Positions 28,466 through 37,217 of a stretch of DNA of 64,000 nt are shown here, in pieces. Below the pieces are notes generated by a model. The model did not search any database, had not been told where the DNA came from, and saw only the letters and a program-made list of their open reading frames with translations. Origin of the DNA: a virus. The stretch's first letter is position 1. Every line of letters starts with the position of its first letter. The DNA is taken from IMG/VR virus record IMGVR_UViG_3300025886_001957, positions 14,463 to 78,462 of that record; one strand, written 5' to 3'. Position numbers and translations under genes: made by a program.

Positions 28466-28500
28466 TATTTATATAATACACTATTATTTGATGATGTCAA
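28466..28500 (-). promoter_or_regulatory. Overlapping sigma70 (TTGACA-N16-TATTAT) and late (TATAAATA) promoters for the leader/tRNA unit
   Basis: Both motifs read directly from the sequence. Confidence 0.7.
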
Positions 28501-28507
28501 CCTTTAT

Positions 28508-29065
28508 TTAATGCCACTGAGGTCCGTGTACCCATCCAACTAAACTATAACGTATACCTTCGGTCACTGGTTTAACTTGATGAAATACATAGCTTGGAAA
28601 CACAATCATATCACCTTTATTGAGTTTTGCTGTCTGAATACGGTCAGGTATATCAGGTGCTCCGTTTTCTGTTTCAAACTCGCCACCTTTAAAATCGTCA
28701 TTAAGTAAAATTGTAAAACTTACTTTGCGTACAGTCTCTCGAGTAAAGTCTAAATGATTATCAGTATGCCATCGATAATTTTGCTCTTTTTTACCATCGT
28801 ATTGTGTAAATTGTAATGGTTCTAAGAGGTCAATATTAAAATGCCAATGCTTGTTATTTGCTGTTTGTACTACTTTAGATATAACTTTTAGCAATGGTCC
28901 TGTTTTTTCAGATAATTCAATCCAACTTATATCACTATCACGTTGGCTATGATCGTCGGTACATGTAGCAGTTTCAATAGCAGGTGCAAGTTTATGAGTT
29001 AAATCAATAAGATCTTGATCAAAAACGTTTTTATATACTATATGGGTTAAACTTCGTATAGTCAT
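28508..29065 (-). CDS. 2OG-Fe(II) oxygenase (PKHD/prolyl-hydroxylase-like)
   Basis: WHTD, KGGEF, FPSYVFHQV, RYSLVGW. Confidence 0.9.
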   Translation of the reverse strand: MTIRSLTHIVYKNVFDQDLIDLTHKLAPAIETATCTDDHSQRDSDISWIELSEKTGPLLKVISKVVQTANNKHWHFNIDLLEPLQFTQYDGKKEQNYRWHTDNHLDFTRETVRKVSFTILLNDDFKGGEFETENGAPDIPDRIQTAKLNKGDMIVFPSYVFHQVKPVTEGIRYSLVGWVHGPQWH

Positions 29066-29721
29066 CTAAGTTTTCCTTTAAATCCAGGAGGTACTGCTAA
29101 CGACATTCTACCGTCAAACAGATTGTTTGTTCCGTAAGGACCGTTAACATCATTATAATGTAAAAATACCTGGGCATGCCTTGTTCCTTGAAATTTTTCT
29201 CTCCAATGTTCAATCTCTTCACCTTTATACACTATCATATCTCCTGGATTTAGATATATCGGAGTGCCTGTATTTCCAACTTCTCCCGAACCATCGACCC
29301 ACATTGGCCAATTATATGTTTTGTCATCATTTTCATAACCTATACACAATGTAGTTGAAATTTCACACGATGGTCTATCTTTATGCCTCTCTAAGGTGTC
29401 GCCATTTTTATATAGACGCCAGTAGGAATAAGTTGGTGCTAATTGAAGTCCTGTGGTTTTTTCTAACACTGAAGCAGACTTGCCTAATAATGCTTCCATT
29501 ACACCGTCAGCATAACAGGAATATGTATCAACTACCTGTGGATCATTAAATCCGCCGTCAGTTTCTGGTCGATAATATTCATAATTATTATTTAATAATA
29601 AACTTGCTCTACCAGACCTTAATAAACAATAATTGTAAATAAATTCAGTAAACTCTTTAGTGAGAAAATTTCTCACTACTGCATAATTATGTTGTTTAAA
29701 AAATTCTTGATCAGTTGACAT
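29062..29721 (-). CDS. 2OG-Fe(II) oxygenase-like protein (marine-phage type)
   Basis: HKDRPSCEIS, GDMIVYKG, EHWR, QVFLHY. Confidence 0.78.
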   Translation of the reverse strand: MSTDQEFFKQHNYAVVRNFLTKEFTEFIYNYCLLRSGRASLLLNNNYEYYRPETDGGFNDPQVVDTYSCYADGVMEALLGKSASVLEKTTGLQLAPTYSYWRLYKNGDTLERHKDRPSCEISTTLCIGYENDDKTYNWPMWVDGSGEVGNTGTPIYLNPGDMIVYKGEEIEHWREKFQGTRHAQVFLHYNDVNGPYGTNNLFDGRMSLAVPPGFKGKLR

Positions 29722-29732
29722 TGATTATCCTT

Positions 29733-30596
29733 TTAATAGCTTTGAGCAAGTCGCCACATTAAATATTCTTTTGATTCAATTGGCGGATAGTGCGGCGATT
29801 CGTGAAATCGCAAGTTTTCTACTATAGTTCCAGGTGTAGGATCTACAAAGTGCGGCATACTGTAACGTGGCAAATGTATATGACTGTTTACAACTCTGTG
29901 TTTAGTTGATTTAAAATAATTATTTGTCCATCGTTGTAGTAAATCACCAATGTTTACAACCACGCCATTATCAGCATAAGGAACAGGATGCCAGTTACCT
30001 TTAATATCTTGTACTTCCAATCCGGGTACGTCATTAATTTGCCAAAGCAATGTAATAGTTCCATAGTCACTATGTTCTCCAATTCTCATTTGGCGATCGT
30101 TAATATGACCATCATATGCCGGATAATGAATTACTCTTGTAGTATTAAAAGGTTTTAAATGTGCATCAACTAATGTAGTTCCACATTTGAGTATTTGATC
30201 AAATCTCTCTAATATTCTTAGTGTAAGTTTGTCAGCTACATTAATACTTTCAAGTGCTGTTGCTTTAAAGTTTGGCAACTCAGTCGGCCATAAATGATTT
30301 GGCATACGTTGGTTATTATAGTTAAAACTTTCTTTCATATCTTTTGGAGCAGTTGGGTCAACATTTTCGGCCCCCATAATACTATAGCCTAAATTAGTAT
30401 CACCTTCATACGGATATTTGTTTTTAATTTTAAGATCAAGTTCGAAGAAATTTTTCATTTCGTCAAACCAACAGTTTATATCAGATTGTTCTGTGTCGGT
30501 TAAGCAATTGGTAAAAACAGCAAATCCAGTACTAGTATATGCATCTTCAATATGTTGATCTGAGTACGAAGATTTAAAGTCAATCACCGGAATCAT
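29733..30596 (-). CDS. Isopenicillin-N-synthase-family 2OG-Fe(II) oxygenase
   Basis: HSDYGTITLL, VNIGDLL, STKHRV, RYSMPHF. Confidence 0.9.
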   Translation of the reverse strand: MIPVIDFKSSYSDQHIEDAYTSTGFAVFTNCLTDTEQSDINCWFDEMKNFFELDLKIKNKYPYEGDTNLGYSIMGAENVDPTAPKDMKESFNYNNQRMPNHLWPTELPNFKATALESINVADKLTLRILERFDQILKCGTTLVDAHLKPFNTTRVIHYPAYDGHINDRQMRIGEHSDYGTITLLWQINDVPGLEVQDIKGNWHPVPYADNGVVVNIGDLLQRWTNNYFKSTKHRVVNSHIHLPRYSMPHFVDPTPGTIVENLRFHESPHYPPIESKEYLMWRLAQSY

Positions 30597-30778
30597 TTTT
30601 TATGTTCTTTCTTTTCTTTAATACAATTATTAATTAATTGCTTTTGGTCTCTAATCAATTTTTGTTGATTCTCTAATTCTATATATTGTTTATCAAGTTC
30701 TGATAATTGTGGGAATTCAATAATTTTAGTCATATTATTCCTTTCATAATAGTAGTAGCCCTTAGGGCTACTACACAC
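30593..30778 (-). CDS. Hypothetical coiled-coil protein (start uncertain)
   Basis: ORF track. Confidence 0.45.
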   Translation of the reverse strand: MCSSPKGYYYYERNNMTKIIEFPQLSELDKQYIELENQQKLIRDQKQLINNCIKEKKEHKK

Positions 30779-30784
30779 TTTTTA

Positions 30785-31858
30785 TTATTGTGGTACTTTT
30801 GCATCAATACCTTTGACATAGTATTGCATACTGTCAAGATGTGCTCTATCGGCAATCTCGCCATCGGCTAATACTTGGTTACCTTGATTGTCCCAAAGAG
30901 GACCAGTAAATGCAAAGTATTCACCGTCACGAATTGCATCATGTACTTCTTGTGCTTTTGCAGCTACGTTGGCTGGCATATTTGTAAATGGTGCCATTTC
31001 GACAGAACCATCATTCATATGACCAAAATATGTTCCAGTTTTCCATGTTCCGTTAATAACTTGTCCTACCTTTTCAATATAGTATGGACCCCAGTTATCA
31101 ATAGTTGCTGTTAGCTGGGCATCAGGAGCAAATTGACTTTGGTCACTTGCTTGACCAAATCCTACTTTGCCCATTTTTTCTGCTGTTTGTAACGGCGCTG
31201 GAGAATCGGTGTGTTGTGCAATAACATCACAGCCTTGACTCATTAGTGCTCTTGCTGCATCAGATTCTTTACCTGGGTCGTACCAAGTCATAACCCATAC
31301 AATATCAATATCCACATCAGGATTTACAGTTTTTGCTCCTAAGTAATAGGTATTAATTTCACGAATTACTTCTGGAATTGGATAGGCTGCAACATAGCAA
31401 ATTTTATTTGTCTTGGTCATCATACCTGCAATTACACCTTGGACGTGACGAGCTTGATAAAGACGTAGACCGTAGTTTGCAAAATTAGGACCTGATTTGT
31501 AACCAGTTGCGTGTTCAAACTTTACATTTGGAAATTGTTTTGCAACTTTTTCCATAGCATTCATATAACCAAACGATGTTGCAAAAATAATATCATGGCC
31601 GCTCATGGCCATTTGTCTAATAACTCGTTCAGCATCTGGACCTTCAGATACACTTTCAATGTAAGTAGTTTCAACTTGGTCACCGTATGCTGCTTCTACT
31701 TGTTGACGACCGATATCATGACGATATGTCCATCCATGGTCTCCAACTGGTCCAACATACACAAATCCAACTTTAACTTTGTCAGATCCTGCAGATGCTG
31801 ATGATAATGATACTATTGATACAAGTGCAATAGTTAAGATATTTGTTAGTAAATTCAT
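30785..31858 (-). CDS. BMP-family ABC transporter substrate-binding protein (purine-nucleoside type)
   Basis: Signal peptide; GPVGDHGW, IFATSFGY, WYDPGKE, DVIAQHTDS. Confidence 0.9.
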   Translation of the reverse strand: MNLLTNILTIALVSIVSLSSASAGSDKVKVGFVYVGPVGDHGWTYRHDIGRQQVEAAYGDQVETTYIESVSEGPDAERVIRQMAMSGHDIIFATSFGYMNAMEKVAKQFPNVKFEHATGYKSGPNFANYGLRLYQARHVQGVIAGMMTKTNKICYVAAYPIPEVIREINTYYLGAKTVNPDVDIDIVWVMTWYDPGKESDAARALMSQGCDVIAQHTDSPAPLQTAEKMGKVGFGQASDQSQFAPDAQLTATIDNWGPYYIEKVGQVINGTWKTGTYFGHMNDGSVEMAPFTNMPANVAAKAQEVHDAIRDGEYFAFTGPLWDNQGNQVLADGEIADRAHLDSMQYYVKGIDAKVPQ

Positions 31859-31876
31859 TAACGTTCCTTTCTTTTG

Positions 31877-32182
31877 TTAATCATGTTCGCCGTTGTTTCT
31901 ACGGCCATTATACCCGTCAATTCTTTTAAAAATATCAGGGTTACGTTTAGCGGTATCAAATGTACCGACCGTGATTACAATTGCTCCAAGTAAAAATGTG
32001 TGTGCAATTGCGTTAATTCCCCAAAACATAATGCTCCCCATATAAAGAGAACACACAGATACCCACATCCATGCAAGAATTTGCATTATTAAATGCCTAA
32101 CCTGTAAATTTGGAATATTTTTAAGCGGATTAATGTTAGCATCCATTACACTATTCCACGATTCGTAAATCCATTGTCTCAT
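31877..32182 (-). CDS. Membrane protein
   Basis: ORF track; two TM segments. Confidence 0.65.
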   Translation of the reverse strand: MRQWIYESWNSVMDANINPLKNIPNLQVRHLIMQILAWMWVSVCSLYMGSIMFWGINAIAHTFLLGAIVITVGTFDTAKRNPDIFKRIDGYNGRRNNGEHD

Positions 32183-32331
32183 TTTAGTTCCTCATCTTTG
32201 TTTAATTGTTGTATTTGTTTACTTCCCGATTGTGAATCACTAATATTTTTTTGAAAATTCTTAGTTCGTTGGATATGGTAATGATCAGACATCTGTTTGT
32301 TTAGTTCTTTTTTAATTTCATCTTCTGTCAT
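32179..32331 (-). CDS. Hypothetical protein, 50 aa
   Basis: Read by hand; GGAG SD and ATGA overlap with the next gene. Confidence 0.5.
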   Translation of the reverse strand: MTEDEIKKELNKQMSDHYHIQRTKNFQKNISDSQSGSKQIQQLNKDEELK

Positions 32332-32340
32332 GTCTACTCC

Positions 32341-33078
32341 TTATTTTTTCCATAACCAGTCATCATTATTACCATCATTATGATAGTTTTGTAAACTTCC
32401 CCAGCATTTATAACCTAATGATTGTAGATACGCAAATTCTTGACTTGAACTTGTTTCGCTATGGCTATTTTCAGATATAATTACTGCATTATTGTTTACA
32501 ATAGTTTGCTCGGCACCTTTTAAACATTCTAAATTAAATCCTTCAGTGTCAAGTATAAGAAGGTCGAGTCGCGGTAGATTAAAGCTATCAAGTGGCATAG
32601 CCTGTACATCAATAGTTTTCTCAATTTGTATATTATTCATATACGGATCTGGACTGACAAAGCGATGTTGTCCAGTAGATAAACAATTATATGAAGGAGC
32701 ATTAACAACTTCAAATTGACGTAACCCTGGTGTATCACTTAGACCCATTTGATATTTTAAAACATTATCTTGTTGACAGTTTTTATTTAAACAGAAAAAG
32801 TTTAATGGATCAGGTTCAAAGGTGTATACCAAATTAAACATAGTTGATAGTAAAAATGGATATACTCCTTGCCAGCCTCCGGCTTGTACAGCTACGCCTC
32901 TTTCGGCAACATGTTCAATAATTGCTTTATCAAATTTATTAACCCAATCATGACGTATATTATTAAACGTAAAAAATTCTGGATTTTCGCCGGCAAGTGT
33001 CCATGGACCCCAGTTGTAAATCGGATGCCAATGAGTATAAGTTAATGCATCATATGTTTTAAGGGCTGATACTTGCAA
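32341..33078 (-). CDS. FkbM-family SAM methyltransferase
   Basis: VQAGGWQG, YTFEPD, LILDTEG. Confidence 0.85.
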   Translation of the reverse strand: MQVSALKTYDALTYTHWHPIYNWGPWTLAGENPEFFTFNNIRHDWVNKFDKAIIEHVAERGVAVQAGGWQGVYPFLLSTMFNLVYTFEPDPLNFFCLNKNCQQDNVLKYQMGLSDTPGLRQFEVVNAPSYNCLSTGQHRFVSPDPYMNNIQIEKTIDVQAMPLDSFNLPRLDLLILDTEGFNLECLKGAEQTIVNNNAVIISENSHSETSSSQEFAYLQSLGYKCWGSLQNYHNDGNNDDWLWKK

Positions 33079-33097
33079 TATTCTGTTTACCTTTGTT

Positions 33098-33182
33098 TGG
33101 TGCGAGTAAAGGGACTTGAACCCCCACGCCTTGCGGCACTAGAACCTAAATCTAGCGTGTCTACCAGTTTCACCATACTCGC
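33098..33182 (-). tRNA. tRNA-Leu (TAG)
   Basis: GCGAGTA/TACTCGC stem, CTAGA-TTTAGGT-TCTAG arm, variable arm, GGTTCAAGTCC, CCA. Confidence 0.95.
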
Positions 33183-33192
33183 TTTTGTTATT

Positions 33193-33221
33193 ATATTAAC
33201 ACTTAACGTATTGATTGTCAA
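33193..33221 (-). promoter_or_regulatory. Sigma70-type promoter TTGACA-N17-TAATAT for tRNA-Leu
   Basis: Boxes read directly; TG extended -10. Confidence 0.7.
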
Positions 33222-33241
33222 CTATTTATTTTTGTTTAATT

Positions 33242-33472
33242 TTAAGAGTTTAGTTTTAGGTTTAATACGAAATTTTCAACCAACAGTTTTACAATAGTTC
33301 CCATGGCAATCCATAACTGCTGGTCGTTGGGCAATTCGTTAAACTGTTCGACTACACTAGAAGCCATTAATTCAAATGTTGCTTGTTCTTCAAGAGGCAA
33401 CTCTCCCCAATCAATTGGATCATTTAGTTGTGCTTCTTTTGCCAGTTCGGCTAGTTGAGCAACTGTTATCAT
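33242..33472 (-). CDS. Hypothetical protein
   Basis: ORF track. Confidence 0.6.
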   Translation of the reverse strand: MITVAQLAELAKEAQLNDPIDWGELPLEEQATFELMASSVVEQFNELPNDQQLWIAMGTIVKLLVENFVLNLKLNS

Positions 33473-33687
33473 TTATAAATCCTTTTTTGACCAGTACTAT
33501 AGTTTAATTCGTCATTTGGATCTAATCCAAATTTTGTAATACACAAGTTAGCAACTGCTTCGGGTATTTCTATATGTTCTTTACTTTTAGGTATCCATAT
33601 ACCTTTTAACGTTCCGTCTTCGCCGACGATTAATCCATAATCGTCATCAGATAGTGTTACTTTAAAATCTACATACTTGTGACTCAT
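33469..33687 (-). CDS. Hypothetical protein
   Basis: ORF track; AGGAG SD. Confidence 0.6.
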   Translation of the reverse strand: MSHKYVDFKVTLSDDDYGLIVGEDGTLKGIWIPKSKEHIEIPEAVANLCITKFGLDPNDELNYSTGQKRIYK

Positions 33688-33845
33688 AATAGTCTCCTAC
33701 TAATTAAATAATATTTAGTCTTACGTTTATCCCAATGTTCTTAGTAAATTTTTTAAACGAGCTATTTCAGCTGTAGTTAAACACATTACTGGAATATTTA
33801 GTAATTTATTAACTGACTGTATTAGAAACTCTCGATCATCTTGTG

Positions 33846-34148
33846 TCATCTTTTAGATAGTTCTTCTGATATTTGATCACGTTGCTTTTCAACTTGTGCT
33901 AATGATTTCCACAAATGATCATTTATTTCCTTTTCATTTTTTAGTTGTTGTTCAAGATTAATAATATGCTCAGCAGCTTTCCATTCAAAACTATCTATGC
34001 ATTTGAAAAGATATTTTTCGCCGGCCATGTTCTTGAGTGCAACAACCATTTCGGATTGAGGCTTGCGTGGTGTAATATCGTTGTATACTTGTTTTACACC
34101 AGCATGTTCATTTTCTTCTTTTTCAAAACCGTGAGTATTAATGTCCAT
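33846..34148 (-). CDS. Hypothetical protein
   Basis: ORF track. Confidence 0.6.
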   Translation of the reverse strand: MDINTHGFEKEENEHAGVKQVYNDITPRKPQSEMVVALKNMAGEKYLFKCIDSFEWKAAEHIINLEQQLKNEKEINDHLWKSLAQVEKQRDQISEELSKR

Positions 34149-34336
34149 TATTTGTTAGCTTCGGCAATAATTTGTTTCCGACCTTTTTCGCCAATATGTA
34201 CATCTAGAATTGTTTTTACTTTTTCTAGCATTGCACATGCTAACATTAGTGCATCTTTATGATCGTCACACATCATAATCTGTCTATCAATTGGTTCGCA
34301 CAATTGTTGCATTCGTGTTATTACTTTTTCGCTCAT
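34148..34336 (-). CDS. Hypothetical protein
   Basis: ORF track. Confidence 0.55.
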   Translation of the reverse strand: MSEKVITRMQQLCEPIDRQIMMCDDHKDALMLACAMLEKVKTILDVHIGEKGRKQIIAEANK

Positions 34337-34848
34337 TATTGCATTCCTTTTAAAATATTATTATATGTATCGTATACTTTAGATGTTAATTCATCAAGTG
34401 TTCCGTTGTTGTTGATAACGTGGTCTGCCATCTCTTTGGTTAGTGTCATACTGCTTGAATCTTCTGTGGGTAGATGTTCTGACCTATCTACCCAAATTGC
34501 CGCATCAAAAACATGTTGTTCACGCATTGCATCAAATTCTCTTACGTTTCGTAGTCCACAATAAATATCATGTTCTGAAAAAATAGCCTTACCCAACTTA
34601 GCTGGATCATGTTCACAGAAACTTGATATAGCATTATACCATTCAGCTCGATGATTATGCCGATCGTTATAACATTCTTCTAGCGTTGTATAATTATATT
34701 TAGACTTTAAATCATCATATATAAATCGATTACAAGCAAACATACTGCTTGATATGAAACTTAATTTAAAATTATCACACAGTATATCTGATACTGTGTC
34801 TTTACCATGTCTGCCATGGCCAATTACTAATAACTTAGGCAACTTCAT
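34336..34848 (-). CDS. P-loop kinase, deoxynucleoside monophosphate kinase-like
   Basis: GHGRHGKDT Walker A; INNNGTLDEL. Confidence 0.7.
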   Translation of the reverse strand: MKLPKLLVIGHGRHGKDTVSDILCDNFKLSFISSSMFACNRFIYDDLKSKYNYTTLEECYNDRHNHRAEWYNAISSFCEHDPAKLGKAIFSEHDIYCGLRNVREFDAMREQHVFDAAIWVDRSEHLPTEDSSSMTLTKEMADHVINNNGTLDELTSKVYDTYNNILKGMQ

Positions 34849-35434
34849 TTACAACCTTCTTATGCAGTGTTTTATATATTCCTGGATTTACGTGCAGCAC
34901 ATGTGGCATCATTTGATGCCTAATATAGTTACGATTATAACATAGTTCATTGTTACTGTCATCCAAAATATAATCAATATTATTTAAGTTTAACCAAAGT
35001 TCAAAGTCTCTTTTTCGAGTAAGTCTAAAAGGACGAATAATATGATTGCGACGATACGGAATCCATTTTCCAGTTCCGTGTAAGCTACTGAAGATCCAAG
35101 TTTCAACACAGTCGTCAAGGTGATGGCACGTAATTAATGGTTTGTCAGTAAAGTTATCAAAAAATTTATAACGCTGCTCTCGCCAAAAATCTTCTTTGCT
35201 ACGACCTGGAGGAATTGTTCCTTTTACTCCTCCTAACAGATAGTTAATATCGTTTTTTTGACAATAGTTTTCTACAAACCGTTGTGCTTTATCTGCATGG
35301 GCTGTGCCGTGATTGTAATGTAGTACAGTTACGTCGTGATTACGATTAAGAAAATTAAGGCAAGCCATACTGTCAACACCGCCTGAACATGCTAGATATA
35401 CCGAACGTGGAATTCTACCTTGTAACTTAATCAT
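34835..35434 (-). CDS. tilS: tRNA(Ile)-lysidine synthase, catalytic PP-loop domain only
   Basis: ACSGGVDSM, HHLDDCVET, IRP, DDSN, RNYIRH. Confidence 0.85.
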   Translation of the reverse strand: MIKLQGRIPRSVYLACSGGVDSMACLNFLNRNHDVTVLHYNHGTAHADKAQRFVENYCQKNDINYLLGGVKGTIPPGRSKEDFWREQRYKFFDNFTDKPLITCHHLDDCVETWIFSSLHGTGKWIPYRRNHIIRPFRLTRKRDFELWLNLNNIDYILDDSNNELCYNRNYIRHQMMPHVLHVNPGIYKTLHKKVVNEVA

Positions 35435-35633
35435 TAGGCCACTTAACTAAGATAACCTCGTCGTCTGTGTCAGTGTTGTTATCTTTTGTTTTAAGATATC
35501 CTTGTTCGATTAGATCGTCAATTACTAATTCAACAATATCTTTTGTAATCTTGTCTTTAGACATAGTATAACCAAAAACAGTAAAGATGATAGCAGTTCC
35601 TAGTAGCCAAAGATACATTTCATTTATAAACAT
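35427..35633 (-). CDS. Small membrane protein
   Basis: ORF track. Confidence 0.55.
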   Translation of the reverse strand: MFINEMYLWLLGTAIIFTVFGYTMSKDKITKDIVELVIDDLIEQGYLKTKDNNTDTDDEVILVKWPND

Positions 35634-35645
35634 TATACTGTTCCT

Positions 35646-36362
35646 TTATACTTTGTAGATTTTTACATAGTTGAGACGTGTTTCGTTTGCATCAAACAGT
35701 CTGTTTTTTGTCTGAGACTTTACTTTACCTTTTACTCGTTTCATATCGTTTACATTATACTCATATTTATTCATGAATGATAAAAGGTTTCCGTCCATTA
35801 CAGCAACATAGTTGTATGATTCCCACTGTGAACTATAACGCTTGTCGAGAATTTTTACAACACCTTCAATTACATCTTTTTCTTTACCCAAGTGTTGGCT
35901 GTTGCGATACTCAACACGTATTTCTTTCTTTAGGCTACTTTCGTGTTGATCACGTTTTACAAACTCTGGAATAAATGCAACACGACCTAATTTATCAGCA
36001 GACACAGTATCCTGTGATACAGCGTCAATCATGTCACTTTTAAAGTTGTCCAAGTTACCAAGTCCTAGCATTACATAACGCTTCATCCATTTTTGAATTT
36101 CAGCTACTTGAATATAGTCTTCTTCAGTAGGAGTAGGACGTACATAGTCGGATGGCAAATATTGCGGATCTTTGTGGAAAGCAAACTTCACAATCTCTTT
36201 GTTTGAAAATTTTGTGTTGTTTTCTACTTCGCTAAACCTACGTGTTTCCTTGATGTATGAACGATTAATACGTTGTGCTGCACATGCCATAGCAAGTGCT
36301 TCTTGTGTAGTAACAGTGGTTGACTGAACCACTTTATTAAGATCGATGCCTTGTTTAAACAT
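35646..36362 (-). CDS. Hypothetical phage protein
   Basis: ORF track. Confidence 0.65.
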   Translation of the reverse strand: MFKQGIDLNKVVQSTTVTTQEALAMACAAQRINRSYIKETRRFSEVENNTKFSNKEIVKFAFHKDPQYLPSDYVRPTPTEEDYIQVAEIQKWMKRYVMLGLGNLDNFKSDMIDAVSQDTVSADKLGRVAFIPEFVKRDQHESSLKKEIRVEYRNSQHLGKEKDVIEGVVKILDKRYSSQWESYNYVAVMDGNLLSFMNKYEYNVNDMKRVKGKVKSQTKNRLFDANETRLNYVKIYKV

Positions 36363-36422
36363 TGTGTGCCTTTCTAAGTTGCCTAAGTATTTAATCTACA
36401 CTAGCATACAGATACTAGCAAG

Positions 36423-37217
36423 TCAACCATGTTTTTCTAATTTCTTTTTATTCTTGTAATATTGCTTTTTACGTTCTGCAATTTTTTCTTTATTATTCTT
36501 GAGATATTCTGCAATTTTTTCTTTATTATCTTTGCGATATTGCTTTTGATATTCTGCAAGTTTTTCTTTATTATTCTTGCGATATTCTGCAAGTTTTTCT
36601 TTATTATCCTTGCGATATTCTGCAATTTTTTCTTTATTATCCTTGTGATATTGCTTTTGATATTCTGCAATTTTTTCTTTATTATTCTTGTGATATTGCT
36701 TTTGATATTCTGCAATTTTTTCTTTATTATCCTTGCGATATTGCTTCATATCTTCTGCAATTTTTTCTTTATTATTCTTGCGATATTGCTTTTTCTGTTC
36801 TGCAATTTTTTCTTTATTATCCTTGCGCCATTGCTTTTTATTTTGTTTGTATCGTGCTAAAATTTCTGGATCTGATGACAGGCTTCCAGTAAACAACCCA
36901 TGTTTATAAAATGAACTGTTTTCACCTGACTGATCAACATATCTAGGATCTCCTAAACTACGGTTGTAATATTTGTTCCATCGACGTGCTTTTCTATTTT
37001 TTAAAAGTTCGTGTTCTAGAATACATATTTCCTCATCTGTACCGTAAGCAAGTATTCGTCTGCGAACACCTGTAGGAATATTGTCCTTTTTAAATCTCTT
37101 CCAAATCGTAGACGAATGTGTATAAGAATCGTCAGGTGTGCCTTTGTGTTTACCTAAATAGAATTTTTTATTATTAGAGTCAAACCATAAATAAACAAAA
37201 GAATCATTTTTAGACAT
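36423..37217 (-). CDS. GIY-YIG (Seg-like) homing-endonuclease-type protein with a repetitive charged C-terminus
   Basis: FVYLWFD...FYLGKHKG...YTHSS N-terminal pattern; nine NKEK(I/L)AE repeats. Confidence 0.7.
   Translation of the reverse strand: MSKNDSFVYLWFDSNNKKFYLGKHKGTPDDSYTHSSTIWKRFKKDNIPTGVRRRILAYGTDEEICILEHELLKNRKARRWNKYYNRSLGDPRYVDQSGENSSFYKHGLFTGSLSSDPEILARYKQNKKQWRKDNKEKIAEQKKQYRKNNKEKIAEDMKQYRKDNKEKIAEYQKQYHKNNKEKIAEYQKQYHKDNKEKIAEYRKDNKEKLAEYRKNNKEKLAEYQKQYRKDNKEKIAEYLKNNKEKIAERKKQYYKNKKKLEKHG
36474..36830 (-). repeat. Coding tandem repeat, nine units of 45 or 33 nt
   Basis: Recurrent tgcaattttttctttattatc; encodes (xxKQ)Y(R/H)K(D/N)NKEK(I/L)AE. Confidence 0.95.

Noticed and set aside
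36437-36860. Alternative-frame ORFs and a possible CRISPR array in the repeat region
   Set aside because: The units are contiguous, lack unique spacers and keep the frame of the GIY-YIG gene; the extra ORFs are by-products of the repeat
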